Made by a program: the position numbers and the translations under genes. A stretch of 64,000 nt of DNA from positions 124,001 through 188,000 of the forward strand of contig RBZT01000415.1 of the NCBI GenBank assembly GCA_003693705.1, in the 5' to 3' direction. Position 1 is the first letter of the stretch. Each line of letters starts with the position of its first letter. This document shows, piece after piece, positions 26,101 to 39,680 of this stretch. The stretch is from Polymyxa betae A26-41. Taxonomy: Eukaryota; Protista; Endomyxa: Phytomyxea. The notes under the pieces are model-generated. The model was not told the DNA's origin. It was given only the letters and a program-made list of their open reading frames with translations, and ran no database searches.

Positions 26101-29100
26101 TAACGAGTCTATGTTTGTTGGTAAGGAAGCCTTATCTACCTGGAAATTACCGGGAGATATTATCTTGCCATCATTATCCTGAAGCCAACCAAAAAGCTCA
26201 ATACCTCCCAGAACCAAGTGCCACGAGCTACTGGAGTTTGGAGCAGTCATCGTCAGGCGAATTCGTCGATAAAAATGTGATGAGTCTATTGAGAATGTCG
26301 TTTGACATCCGGCTTTGCTCAAGGAGGAATCAGCGAAATGATGCCTCAAACAGATCCAGCTTGAATTGGAGTCAACGTGGCCGGCTGCTGCTGGCTGACC
26401 TTCGATTTTCCAGCTTCGCAGAGCACAGCGATCTGATTTTTTCCAATGTCGCAACGCGTAAGCGCTCAGCTTGACAGAGCGAGGACCGAAATCAATTACG
26501 ACATGTTCGTCTGTAGAGGCTATGGAGCTGAACGATGTTGCTTCAGGAGCCATCGGCAGAAGCATATTCAGAATAGAATGAATGGGATGAGATTGAGGAA
26601 GCTGTGAAGAAGCAGTGATGCAAACTTCTGAGAGCTCATGAGGGTTGGTGTAATGAGATAAACCGAAATTCGTGCCGAGATAATACAGAATGCCTAAATT
26701 ATTTGCACTAAACGGTGAAAATTCGCTTTCATTTGAAGATGGATTTTCGAAAAGCGGAACCGGTACCGGGCGCACAAGCCGCTTTCCACCAGCTCGCTTG
26801 CGCTGAAACTTAGTTAGTGCTTGAAAATTAGGTAATCGGGATCTGTTCTTCTTAGATTCAGGTTGCATGATGACTGATAGGCCTAATTGAGCATCGCTAT
26901 TTCTATTAAACGAGCACTTGTATGAAACAGAAGAATGTCTTTCAATGTGCAAGATATCATTCTTCTTCAATTCGTATTTGACAGAGCTGACGATAAAATC
27001 GCTGATAGCACGGAACGCACCACTGTCCCAGGCGGTACTTGCCCAGGTATCCTCCTTGAACAAATTCATTAACATTCGAAGTGCATCAACTTTTAGGCGT
27101 AGTAAATGAATTGGATCTCTTGATGCTTCACTGATACCACAGCACATATCCTTGTCACAAATGAACGAGATTAATGCTTGAAGTACAGAATGGCGGATAT
27201 TCAAAAGCGCATCGGCGGCCACTTTGCACCAATCTAAATAGCGAATGCACGATTCCGCCTCGCTTTTAGATATTGTAATAATTTTGCCTTCAGTTAAGCA
27301 TACAGATATATGGTCAGGATGGGAGACGTTAGCGATGACACCTGTGAAAACGTTCAACAAGATGGAGTACTTATGAAAGCAAATGACCTGGAGCAAGTAC
27401 CAAGCCGTGAATATGAACAAAACACGCTCGGTTTTCTTGGATATGATTTGTGGACCTTCCGAGAAGCGCTAATAGAGACGAAACAAGCTGCACACGAACA
27501 TAATGACGATCCAATGCCGAGTCCGAGACAGCGTTCGACGAAAAGTTACTGATAACCTTTTGAGTGATGGATTCACGCCAGATAGGGAGCGTCAGCAGCT
27601 TTTGCAGGACATCAATAATTTCCTCACTTAGCATTATAGAGTTCACATCATCCAAATGCTCATTAGGATTATAAATCTGCAGTAAAGCGAAAAGCTGGTC
27701 GATCATAATCTTTGCTTCTTTCGAATCTGCATTTACTATATCTGCATGTTGAGATAAGAATGTCCTGAAAATTCTCAAGCAAATTCGCCTGATCGAATAA
27801 GAGCTTTCAGAAATAAGCTCCGATAAGAGAGCTAGCCAAGGATACTGGAACTGCTGCAAAGCTTTTGCAGCATTTCGTGGAGTGATACATTGCAGAAGAG
27901 ATAGAAGAAGTTGCTGTAAACAGTTTCCCGATGATGAATGGCTATGGGATAGCGGGGACTGCTGTAGCAACCTATAGAAAATATCAACAGTTAGCAAATA
28001 GCGAGTTTCTGCACTACCATCGTGATTGAGACAGCTCTGGCTCGAAACAGCAATCAAGCACTGTCAATCTAGTATCAAGCCCAGTGAAACACGCTGCAAG
28101 TCGAACGGGGCAGTTTAAATTGCGAAAAGCAACACCTTGAGAAATGCCATTTCGAAAAAAGGTTATGGTTCGGTTATCGAAATCAAGCACGATCTCGATT
28201 ATATCGCCAGAAGCATACGTCTCTCCGTACCGCTGAGAAGCGGATGCATGATATTTGAATCCGGTTGCAGCAACGTAACCCCATCCACCTTGCGACCCGC
28301 CAATACAGTTGCTGACCAGACTGTCCACTTTAAATGAAAGAGGGACAAGACCGACTACGATTTTCCAGGTATTGAGGGTGTCTCCGCTACGGTCGACAAG
28401 GACCCTTAACTTGTGTACTCCTGATGCATAGGTCTGTGCAGATCGGACAGCCTGCCAGGTATGGGTTCCTGATTTGTTTGTGATCGTGACTGGACGACTG
28501 GCGACATCTCCAGAGAACAGAATATCGCTGCTGGTATTTGTCTCCCAAAAGTCCCATGGGTTGATAGAGTGACTTGGAACGTGTTGAGCAAACGAAATGC
28601 GGTTGGCTTGAAAATCATGAGGACTCGGAACAATGACATTTTTTTGTAGGAAAGGGTACTTTAAAACTCCATACAATTCAATGCCACCTAATGCAAGATG
28701 CCTGAAATCGAGATTAAGTTCCAGTTACGAGATCAATGATATTGGATACCAGCTGTTATTGGAATTTGGCCCTGTCATGTAAATTCTGAACATAGTATAG
28801 AATTCATTTGCTGACAATGCCCAAGAGTGAGATTGCCCTTTCTGATTTAGCGCAGGATCGTTGCAATGATTCCGTATAACATGCCAAGACTGACCGTCTA
28901 TCGAGCCTTGGAGCTGCCAATTCCTCAGAGCCTCTACTTTATATGTTGTGTAATGGCGAAGAGTATAATAATTGGGGCGAATTAGTCTTCCCAGGAAATC
29001 GATAAGAAACCAAGAATTTGCAGTCGGTCTCGAGACGCATCTGCAGGCTGTGCGTCCAACAATGGAACTTGCAGGAGCCGATGTAGTCAGAACACCAGAT

Positions 29101-32100
29101 GTTCGAACCTATAAATCCGTTAAAGCCAGTTGATAATTGCTCCAAAAGGCAACCTCTATCAGTCCAGAAAGTGCAGGGTTCCGAAAAGTGTCGTGCCCAG
29201 CATTTGTTGCCAGCCAATATATGATTCCGTTTCGATCAAAGTCGTGCTCATAGTGAAACTCATTATTTGAGCTTTGTATCAAAAGCGATGAATTGGATTT
29301 TTGTGAAGTGTGAATTGTTGCAGGACTCTTTATAATTCTCTAAGCATTAAAACTAAGCAAGAGTATCTTCTATATATTGGACGTACCTGATTGAATCCCG
29401 AGTCAGAATTCAGTTCATCGAAGTTCTTGCCTTCTTTGCGAATGCGAATCTCGCAAATAAGGGTAGAGGTCATCGCCTTGAGCATTTCATGGCAAACTTT
29501 GTCATCGGGATTTTGTGATACAATGTATGTGATCTGACTTAGAAACATTCGGAAACATGCCCAATAGAAATATGGATCCTCCGACTGATACGCTGACTCC
29601 ACAGAAAGCCACGTGGTCTCAGGCCCATTTGAGTTACCAAAGCCACAAGAATTGATCACATATCGTAACAAGTTGCAATTACTTAGAGAATAGAAATCGC
29701 CAGGTTGCAAAAAGAACGAGCACATCGCGAACGGGATGTATTTAGGAATGCAATCTTTTGATAGCAAAAATAAAAGGATTGAGAAATGCTGTTCCTTCAA
29801 TTCCTGGTTCGTTTCAAGTGCAGAATGAAAAATTTCTCGACCCTGGCTCTGTAGAGAACCCGAACAATGTAAACTCGCCTCTAATTGTTGCGATTCGAAG
29901 TTCTTGGCGGAGAAATCTGCCAATTGCTTTAAGTGGAAAGATTCATCAGCAAAATCCTTCTCACTGGTTTCAATCGGGTCGGCAGGATTCCCACAAGGAT
30001 TGTCTTGCCAACGCTGATCCTCTGAAATTTCTTGGAGGCCAAATTGAATACAATCGATTAGAGTTTTCCTAATTTGGAATTGCGATTGTCCAGAGCAGTT
30101 CTCCAGATTTAATTCTGTCTCTCTGTCGAAATTCAAAGTAATATTGGACATCGAAGCGGCAGAGTTCTCTACGACAGATTTAGGGTCAGAGATCAGATGC
30201 TTCGCTAGTTGGTAGATCCCAGTCTCTGACTTCAGCGAAAGCAGAATGGTGGAGAAATCTTGATAACAAGCCGACCGAAAACCAGCTAAGCATCGACGAT
30301 GAAGTAGGATTTTCTCCACATCATTAGCAGATATAGTTTCATCTTGACAAAAGGTTACAAGCTGATGAACAACAGCTGGCATTTCTGAACAAATGTCGGA
30401 AATATCCAAGCTCCGCTTCGATTTGACAAAGGTAGAATGTCGCCCATCGAAGACCATTGGATAGAGCTGAAAGAGAAATGAAAGTTTGTCGATATACGAA
30501 TGCAAAAAAGATCCACTTTTTGAATCGTTTTTCCACGATATATCAGATTCAACCTGTCTGTAAAAGCTTATTGCTGACTTGCCAATGCTCTGAAGGAGTG
30601 GTTGGGTACCAATATGATCTGCTTCGGAACAAGCGGACAGAAAACTACCAGTTTCTCTAGAGATTATGTATGAGCGAAAGAGCTCTGTCAGATCACAGTG
30701 ATAAACGAGAAGGGATAAACAGTAAACGAACACAATATTCTCAGAAAGTTGGAGCAAGTGCCGACATAAAGTTGCATCTTGCAATCTTGACAGTTCAAAT
30801 ACTGTTTTCTTTAAGGGTTGCCTTTTGATAAATTGAGAGATTAGCCATTCCCGGTTGTCAGCGTCTTTATCGTGATCAACAGGCTCAGTAAGACCTTTCC
30901 TCCTCGGTGTAGTTGATGGTTGACAATCGCTATGCATCCCATAATCAGAAACCAGTCCAGCAGTCAAGATATCAGTATATGGTCTAGGTGGCAAGGTTGG
31001 TAGGTCGAGGTTCAAAACAAGTGCAGTACATCGACCGTATAGCCATAAACTACATTGATAGATATCCTCTAGCCAGCCTAGCATATTTGTGCCAGCAGAG
31101 TTGTTGATGATTATCTTCGACGTTGTCTTAATCAGGAGCCATCCATAGCGTTGACAGATTGCGAAAAGAACATCTAAAATTGGAATGATTGGCTTCAGTT
31201 CAGTCAGAATAGAATTAACGAAATTGAGCCCACTGCTTTCTATCAGAGCAGATAAAGCAGCAAAGCATGGGCGAGCAACTTGACCAATAAATAAATCATT
31301 CATCGACGAAAGCAATTGGAAAAGTGGCTGCTGATTTGCAGCATCAAAGTTGTTAATCTTCATCCAGATGCATTCCAAGAGGACATTGAGGTTTTTTAAG
31401 ACAGCCTTCGAGTAAAGCCCAAGCAGTTCATATCTCGATTCCAGATTTTGCTTTTCGCTGAGGCCTTGTTCAGCTGTGAAGATGAAAAGGGATGTCTGCA
31501 GCCTTTGAAGAATTAACAGCATGCTAGAAGCCTTGGAATAAATATCATGAGACTTTAGAAAAGAGAGGCTTTGCCGTCCAGATATATTTACGAGCTGAAT
31601 CAACCCGAAACGATCGTTCTCGTCGAATGTGCCAAATTCTTTGATAAGTTTGCAGATTACGTCAGCAGAAGACGTCTTGGTGATCAAAAATTCAATCAAT
31701 TTACTTTTACCAACGTGCTTGCCATTGACATCAGAAACCAATCGTACTTCGAGAAAGCCGACATCTAGCAAGTCAACAAGACATTGAATCTGCTGGTTTA
31801 ATTTTGGACAGAGGAATTCCAGTCCAGCAGACAATGCTTCGGAAGCTTTGTCCATTATAATGAACTGTTTTTGTGACATCAGATCGTTTCCAGCACCATT
31901 GCGTTCTTTCGGAAACTCTTTCAAAAAGCGCATTAACCATTCTTTCAGTCCATTTATGCATTCATGTTTCATTCCAATTGCATCCATACTTAACTGAAGC
32001 TTGGTCACTTGAGATAGCTGGCCTGTGAGCAATTGCAGAAATGATATTGTCAGATCCATGAGCAAAGGCAATAACATCTCAGGGCAGCTTTTTGGTGTGA

Positions 32101-33239
32101 AATACCTGCCACCGGCCATCTCAAGTAACAAACACAAGTTGTGAAAAGTAGATTGCCTGGCTTCAAAGACGAATTCGGAGCTGGAATCGCTCATGCATTC
32201 GCTCTCGTGAAATGCAGGTAGCAAGAGTAAGCGTTCAAGTTCACTAACAATCAGCTGGACCGCTTCTTCGGCCTTGACATTCTCAGAGGATTCTGCATCA
32301 CTTTCTACATTAGACTCTCGCAGTTGGGATACATGCTGCAGATGAGATGCAGCGCAAGGTGACTGTTGTTGTTCTAAAAATTGTTTGTTAGCTTCATTAA
32401 TAAAATACAGTGGTCAAAATCGAGGGCGACATACCTGGCTCGTGTTTTCTACAGAGTTTATAGTTTTGTAGAAGAGTTATCTCTCGACGAATTCTGTATA
32501 CTCCATTTTTGGAATTAAGTATGTCGTCAAGAAGACAGCAAACAACAGACAATACAGCAGATAAAGAGCCTCTTGCAATGGCTAACTGAAGCCCCAGTTC
32601 CGTTACCCGTTCGAAATTTGAGTTTTGTTCTTGAGCAACACCCTGAAAATAATGCAGAAGAGGCTCCATAACCACAGATATGTCGATGTTATCTCTACGA
32701 GAAGGTAGCGATGGCAGGCTCTTCAATAATTCCTCAGACAAGTTGAGTATTTTGTCGAATAGACATTTATCCGACTTGGCAGAAAGTTGAATCAGCTTGA
32801 TTATCAGGTCTGTCATTGACCGAAGCCCAGACTCTGAAGTCTGAATTCTGGGAGATTCGACCTTAAGGACGACAGATTGCATTCCAGTCTGCGATTCCAT
32901 CCCTATTATGCTTCTGCCACGAAATGATTGATAAATTCTAGCCATAAGGTAATTACGTCGGTGGATCTCAATTGTTAGTGCATCGTTGAAGGTTTCTCCT
33001 GCAAAGGCAAGTACGTCGCGAATTGCGTTAATGACGATTTCTCTGGCCTCATCTTTGACAATTTTTCTATTAAGACATTCGCTTAAATTTAAGCAGCGAG
33101 GGTTAAGCTGTTTTGTCGTCTCCTGGAAATTCCTAGTATAATGTCGGACAAAATCGGACTGGAACAAGCCCGACGTCGCATCCAACAATATGGGCAGATC
33201 CTGAGCATCGATCAGATCGTTGCTAGCAGCATTGCCCAT
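20186..33239 (-). CDS. Giant HERC-like protein (two HECTD1-type discoidin/SUN-like domains, SPRY, RCC1 repeats, LamG-like, UBA, degenerate HECT); many exons
   Basis: Starts MGNAAS; DFDRNGIIYWLATN..YTLRH..LRNWQLQGS domain at about 28700-29260 and a second copy at about 26180-26710; SPRY at 28020-28500 (YGETYASGDIIEIVLDFDNRTITFFRNG); RCC1 repeats at 24700-26060 (FSFGNGDHGRLG, VAAGNAFSLAL); UBA-like LVMMGFP and LSQIGYS; HECT-like C-terminus FCGSPHVN..FWKCL..LP..LLLPAY. Confidence 0.85.
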
Positions 33240-33439
33240 CCAAGCAAAGCTGGAAGAAATCTAGAATGAGGGCGGGCGCCAGGTCTGTTACAGAGGAGAC
33301 ACTCACAGAAACGTTACCAACCTGAGTGATAGAAAAGACCGTTCGATGATTTGACTGGGTCGCTCATTGGAGCAATGTCGTCATGGCTGAGTTAGATCGA
33401 CTGGTCACTTTAACTGCGGTTTATCACCTTCATTGTTTA

Positions 33440-34877
33440 TTAACTGTTTTCGAAGGTGAAAGACAGACGAGGGTTCCTTGGCGTCGACAGTGATTGACGC
33501 ATCGACAGCGATCGGTCCATAATGGAGCTGCCCGGTGCAGCTAAGTGATACGTTGGGTAAGCAGTCGATTTTCGTTTCGGGGAGAGGATTTGGTTGGACA
33601 GCTCGTTTTCGAATATTTCCAGGTCGAGTTTTGATGTGAGCTGCGTAATCCGTTTTTGCTGCATCATAGATGCCAGCCTCACTGCCTTTAGATCCTCTTT
33701 CAGTCCATGTATGACTTGAAAAGGGCCTTGTCTATGAGCGGAGCTAGCAGAAATACTTCTCCAACCAAAAAATGCCTTGATAAGCGTGCTACGATTGAAT
33801 ATTTTTGTGCACGCTTTGGTTTTGAATGTCTCTATTTCTTGGTTGAGCTTTTCGTAAGACTCTTTCAGATCGGCATGACTTTGCATCAAAGAAGCAGTTA
33901 CGCCATTCAATGTATGATATATACGGTGCGAATTGTTTTCGAAAACGTCGTTGAAGTTATTGATTACAAACGATAACAATTTCTGTCAAAAGTGTAAGCA
34001 TTCAAGTTTTGATAGAAAAGTTTCAACCTGGCACGAGATTAAATCATCATTATTCCTTAGGTTTCCCAGATTGTTATGCTTGTTGCCAGATTGAATAATG
34101 ATCATCGGCAGCTGACAGATTACAGGTCCCATAACCTATAGCGACTTTCATCATTAAAAATCTTCATTCATTGGAGATGCTTTAACCTCAGCAGTTTCTC
34201 GCGCGACGCCTTGATCATCAGCTCGATGCGATAAAGTCGAAAAGCATCGAACCAGCCGGCGAAGTAAATCAAAATTTGCCCTAGGCAAGGATAAGAGAAT
34301 TGACTGAAAACAATTGTTTAGATGATTCTTTGGAAATTAATGAAACCCAAACCTGGATAATCAAAATTCGGTCGAAGTTATCTCTGGAGTCGGAACACAA
34401 ATGAGACGTGATCGACGGATCCGCCATTGAATTGAACAGTTGGCGTTGCTGTTTACGAGGCAATAGCGGCTCCGGAAGCTCAGTTAAGAATTTGGAAATG
34501 AAACAGGCGCACGTCTCGGGATAGAACAGCTTCGCTTGGATCTCTCCGTTCGGATCTGTAGCTGCTGAAATGAGTTAAATGAAATTGGCGCATTAAACTC
34601 ATACCAAGCGATTCAGCATGCTGGCAAATGTCTTCAAGCTGATCGCAATGGCGGTCAGAAAAACCAGGCTGCAGCGGGTTGGCATCAGACCCGACGAAAT
34701 CAATGGGAACACTAAGGAATCGAGGACATTGCTGTTGGTGATTCCAGAATGTTTGAAGGGGTACTCCGAAAATCTTCGATTTCCCTGCATTTCCGCAAGA
34801 CGCTTGCCCCTGTCACCTGTTGTCAAGCTTTTGTTGACCGATTGATGTATATTGCTTACGAGTACACAGTTACCCAT
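33440..34877 (-). CDS. RhoGAP-like domain plus coiled-coil protein, predicted dual acylation; multi-exon
   Basis: Splice-reconstructed MGNCVL|GQASCGNAGKSKIFGVPLQTFW..CPRFL; KFLTELPEPLLP; NFDLLRRLV; LSFVINNFNDVF are RhoGAP-fold hallmarks. Confidence 0.75.
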
Positions 34878-34971
34878 CTACTTCGAGAATTTATTACAGC
34901 TATCCGCTTACTTGTGTTTTGTGGCAAAATTCCGGTACGTTATGGATCGATCGTGCTTGCTGTGTTGTTAT

Positions 34972-35722
34972 TCAATAGTTGGGCGGCGTAGAATTCGGTC
35001 GTTTTAGCCGACGTCGAAGTGGCTCTGTGTGATATCGGTCTGGTAAGCGATTATACACAAGCATCGGTTCATCGATCCATCGTGAGCCGAAAGCGAACCG
35101 CATAAATCTGGGATTGCAATTGGCTGAATTCTGTGGCATTCTCATCAGTTGGAAAGTTTCACTGATATGCGGATACGACGGGGTAAACAGGCAATCTGGT
35201 AGAGCTACCTGACCTCCAGCGGGAACCCAGCTTGCCTTGATCTGCGGTTTGTCTTTCTGGTCTTCGTTGAATTTGCCATTTGAAAGTTCCATTTCCAGAT
35301 CGCTGATATACCGAGCGACGGTAAACCCCTGATTGATCACGTTTATAAACGGAAGTTGGCGGCCTGATTATCCTACCGACTGGACGCTGAGATAGTGCCA
35401 GGGCTCTAGAATTAAATCGTTATTGGAGCCATTGACTGGCTTTGAGGATGCCGTCTGAGCAATAGGGATGGTTGATCGCGGCTTCGTTCTCTCAACGACT
35501 TTGGAGCCTCTCCATGGAACCACGGGTCTGTTTTCAGGAGTATAATTTTTAAGAGGATGTGGTGGTAATCTGAGAATACAGATTCATGAGCATCAATTCT
35601 AAATTCAAATTTCGGCTTTACTCGGCATCATGGATGTAAGGAAAATATTTTCTGGCAACGGCTGACGATGCCCGAAACGGCTTTGGGTGGCTCGGGATGC
35701 GAAGACCAGATTTTGTCTTCAT
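34972..35722 (-). CDS. Hypothetical Pro/basic-rich protein, 3 exons
   Basis: ATG at 35722 (MKTKSGLRIPSHPKPF..YFPYIHDA) splices in frame to ELPPHPL..HYLSVQS and then to ORF 34972-35340. Confidence 0.55.
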
Positions 35723-35748
35723 TGTGACACAAAAAGAAAAAAAATCAG

Positions 35749-38700
35749 CTATCGCGTGCCATCTTCCATAGCATCAGGAGAAGCTGCAAGCATTGGCCGA
35801 AGGAGACAGTCAAACAGCTATCACGTTGTATTAGCAAACAGATTGATCTTGAATGAAGGGATGATAGATCCGCTTAAAGCGTTGTTGATAGTATCCATTG
35901 CGGATTGCTTGATGAAAATCAAAACCGATCGAATTTCAGATTCAGGTCGGATATTTGATTCGACCAATTCGCGAACTTTTGCCAACATTGTTTGGATCTA
36001 CATTGTAGTGTCATTTGATTAAACTATACACGTTAAGAGGATCTGCAAACCTTAGCCGTTAACGAAGCGATTCTATCGGTAAGCTCGACATGCCGTCGAT
36101 TCTGTGCCGATACTTCAGCGTGGAGGTTTTTGATGTCGTCTTCCATTTCGTGAATTAATCGAATTCTTTCCTCGCAATCGGCTTGCAGCTCTCGCAAACA
36201 GAGTTTCTTCTTTGTCAAGATTCCTGTAAACGGTTTCAAATATTGTGATTACTGAAGACCTCTTGCAGTACCTTCATAAGTCTTCTTTTTTTCTGCCAAC
36301 TCAGCCTTTAATGATGCATCAGCACCATTTGGATCTGCTTTCTGGAAACTTTCACGATATATGTTGTTGTGTGTCTAAGTCTCTATTAGGTATTGAAACA
36401 ACATTGACAAATAACACACTTTCAGTTCATCTCTCATTCTATACAGCTGTTTCAGTCTCTTTTCTTCTTCTTTTACGGCAGAGTTTAGCATATCGCCAGT
36501 TCTAATAAGCTCCTCCTTCTGTTGAGCTGCTTCGATGATGTACCTTGCCTGAAAAGCTCTATTTTTAATGGGAGATCTCAAACATAGAACCAAGCAAAAT
36601 AGTGTCCCTGAGATTTTGTAAATGAATAAGAGGAATAAAATATACCTGTGAATAAGGTTCCTCTCCACTACTGCCACGAAGCTTGCCGGCAATGGCATCG
36701 TATTTGTTTCGAAGGGTCTCGATTTTCTGCTCCCGTTCTCTCACTTCAAGAGCAACTTTATGGCGCCTTTCTTCTTCAAGCCGAAGCTCACTGCGAACGA
36801 CGCCTTCCTCTAAATCTAATTGCCTTTCTCTAAGCAGCAATTTGAGCCCGGAATTACGAAAATTGACCAAATTACCTTTCTTCCATTTCCAACTTCAGCT
36901 GATTCTTGCGATTTTCTAAGAAATACACCTGATCCACGTGTTTCATCAAACTGTCCCGTAACTGTTGTGCCTCGAACCGCAACATGTCGCATTGTAAAAC
37001 GAGGTCGTCTTTTTGGTTCTAATGTCACGCTATAACAAAATGCTCTCATTTTTGTGTTTTCACATTACCTGAGATAGCATTAACTGTCGTTCAGCGGCTT
37101 GATTCTCCAACAAAATCTCGTTAAGCGATTCATTGAGATTGAGAAGTTCAGTGGTCTTTTGAGCGAGTTTCTTTTGGCGATTATCCACAGCTGCTAAAAT
37201 TGCTTTCAGATGAGATAACAATGATTTTTCTTGGCTTTTTTCTTGATCCAACTCTTCCGTCAATCTAAAATAAAGATTCAGCAAAAAACGCGCTCAGCAT
37301 GCAGCATTACAATACTTGTTGATCTTTCCTGTAAGTTCAATCTTCTCGTTGAAGGTCCGTTTTCCACTGGCACGAACGACCTTTCGCTCCATTTGCTGCA
37401 ATTGAAATTCAATTCCATATATGATTTCTTGCTGCTGAATTGATTGCTGGTCTAGCTCCATAATTTGGCTTTGGACGTTACGAAGTGATACTTGGGCGCC
37501 ATTGATCAACGCAGCCGTATTCGCTTCTGTTTTGCGAATATCAAACAATTTTTGATTTGACCTAGATATGACAATTTTGAGCACAATTGACGACATACAA
37601 AAGCAGAACTAACTTGAACAGCGTTTGCATGAGGGAATGGAGCTGCTTTTCATATGTGGCATTCTGTTCGACTGATTCGTCAAACAGTTTTTGCACTTGC
37701 TGGCTTTGACCTTCAATATTTCCAGATTTATCAAGCTCGGTTTTTAAACACTCTTTCGCCACAATAACTTTCTGCTCGTGCGCATCAAGCCGGGTAAGTT
37801 TCTCAACCTGAGCTTGCTTATCGGCAGTTAACGCTTGCTGAGTTTGATGAAGAAGTGAGACAGTCTCTTGCAGCTCCCGTTTCCTGGTTTCGGCTTCGAT
37901 TTCCAACCGTTGTAAACGAGTTTGCTCCTCCTAAATCAGTTTTGATAAGCTGAGAAATTCGCCGAGGTGGTAACAAACTTGAAGTTGATCACGAGCTTTC
38001 TCCGAGTTTTTTTCGGTGATTTTGATCTCCATTTCAATGGCTTGGTTGTTGGCTCTCTCCTGCTCTAAGATAGTAGTGCCGTCTGTTATCAGCCCTCTAG
38101 TATATCTGATCTCGTTCTTTAAATCTTGCACGGTTACCGCTGCCTGGCAGATGTCTTGGTCTCGTTTGATCAGAAGGTTCTGAGCCTGTTCCCACTGAGA
38201 CACAATTTCTTGTCTTTGGAAATGCATCTCCTTGAAATCAATCGCCATTCGGTCTAGTTCGATTTGAACCGAAACGGTCTCCGTTACTTCAAGATCAAGG
38301 GTGCCTTGTAGTTCAAACGCCTCCTGTTTGACATGCAATCAGAGTGAAGAATTCGTTAACAGCAATATGACCTTTGTTAATTGCTCAATTTTCATGGATG
38401 CGTCCCTGATTCGTAAATCGTCTTGCTTTCGATAACGCGCTAATGCGGCAGAATCTTCCTCATTCTGTTTCGTTGCCAAAATCCATTGTTCCAGTTCCTC
38501 TGAACAGCGTTATGAGCGGAATTCCAAATTTCTTTAAATTCAAGCCGTATTTTATGAAAATGCATCTCTTTTGACCACAAGAGGCCAACATTCACAATTG
38601 GAGTAAAATTACCTTGATTCCAGTTCTTTTGCATCATAAAGCGTTCGATTTTATCGTTTGCCGAGAACAAATCATTTTGCATGGAGTGGATTTTCTCGTT

Positions 38701-39194
38701 CGCACTTCTTGTCTCTTTATCCATTTTGCCAATATCTGATCGAAGCCGAGATAGTTCTTGCTCAGCGATGCGTTTCATATGGTCTTCACTCTCAATCGCT
38801 TTTGCCTATTGGTTCAAGGTTGAACAACAAATTTTCACGTATATAGCTCAGGAAACGGAATGAGCAAACATTCCTCAAGTACAACGAGGAATACTTCAAA
38901 GAAGTGGGAACATACTTTAGCATCGAGCAGTTCTTGGGTTTTAGCAAGCTCATACTGAACATTCCGAAGATGCTCAGCCATAATATCGATACGTTCTTTA
39001 CAGTCAGCAATCTGTTGCGTTCGCTTCTCCAACCGCTCCTCTTTTTTCTGCAGTCGCTTGTGCAAGCTGCGGTAGGATTTCGATGCCCATGACGGAACCA
39101 AGTTGGTATCGACATTGTGGCGGTAAGTGGATTCGGCATCATAGTCGTCTGACTCCGATGGCGGTAGAACGCCAGGAATCGGATCTTCGGCCAT
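35749..39194 (-). CDS. CCDC39: Coiled-coil domain-containing protein 39 (FAP59, axonemal 96-nm ruler); multi-exon, 3' end approximate
   Basis: ERIDIMAEHLRNVQYEL, EIESEDHMKRIAE, NWNQEELEQW, TETVSVQIELDRMAIDF..RQEIVSQWE, QQEIIYGIEFQLQQMERKV.R, YSQARYIIEAAQQKEEL. Confidence 0.9.
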
Positions 39195-39680
39195 AACGGC
39201 CTGAGCACCCGGATGGAATGCCTGGATCGAAATATGGTACCATAGTTCGATAGTGCCCGATTCGGCATAGGCGGCCGGCAAGGCAGATCTCTGCAACCAG
39301 ACATGAAAGACTACTATTAATACTGACAAGCATAATAAAACGGAGTCGCAATTGTGGCTACCTATATTGGTCTTCCCATAATCGCATCATTTTCACATTT
39401 TGATACTCACAAACTTTATAACGGAGTTACAAGCTTATGATTCACTGGGTTTTGTTGTGGTTGGTAGCATCGATCTAATCTAGTCCAATCCAACGCAGGC
39501 CAGCCTGATCATGCTGTCGTTGTATGTACAGTGAAATACCATCCAGTCTTGGATTCCTTTTGCTTGGATGTGATCTGAATGTGATCTGAACGTTCATCTG
39601 GTTTTTGCTTGTTAAAACCTTGGATTTCCTCGCAACTATTTTGCGCATACTGCCTACTGGTTCTCTGAGGTTCGGCGACA

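Noticed and set aside
27371-28057. Apparent frameshifts or pseudogenisation between overlapping ORFs in the HERC-like gene
   Set aside because: The frame changes I checked are explained by canonical short GT-AG introns (for example 27972-28017).
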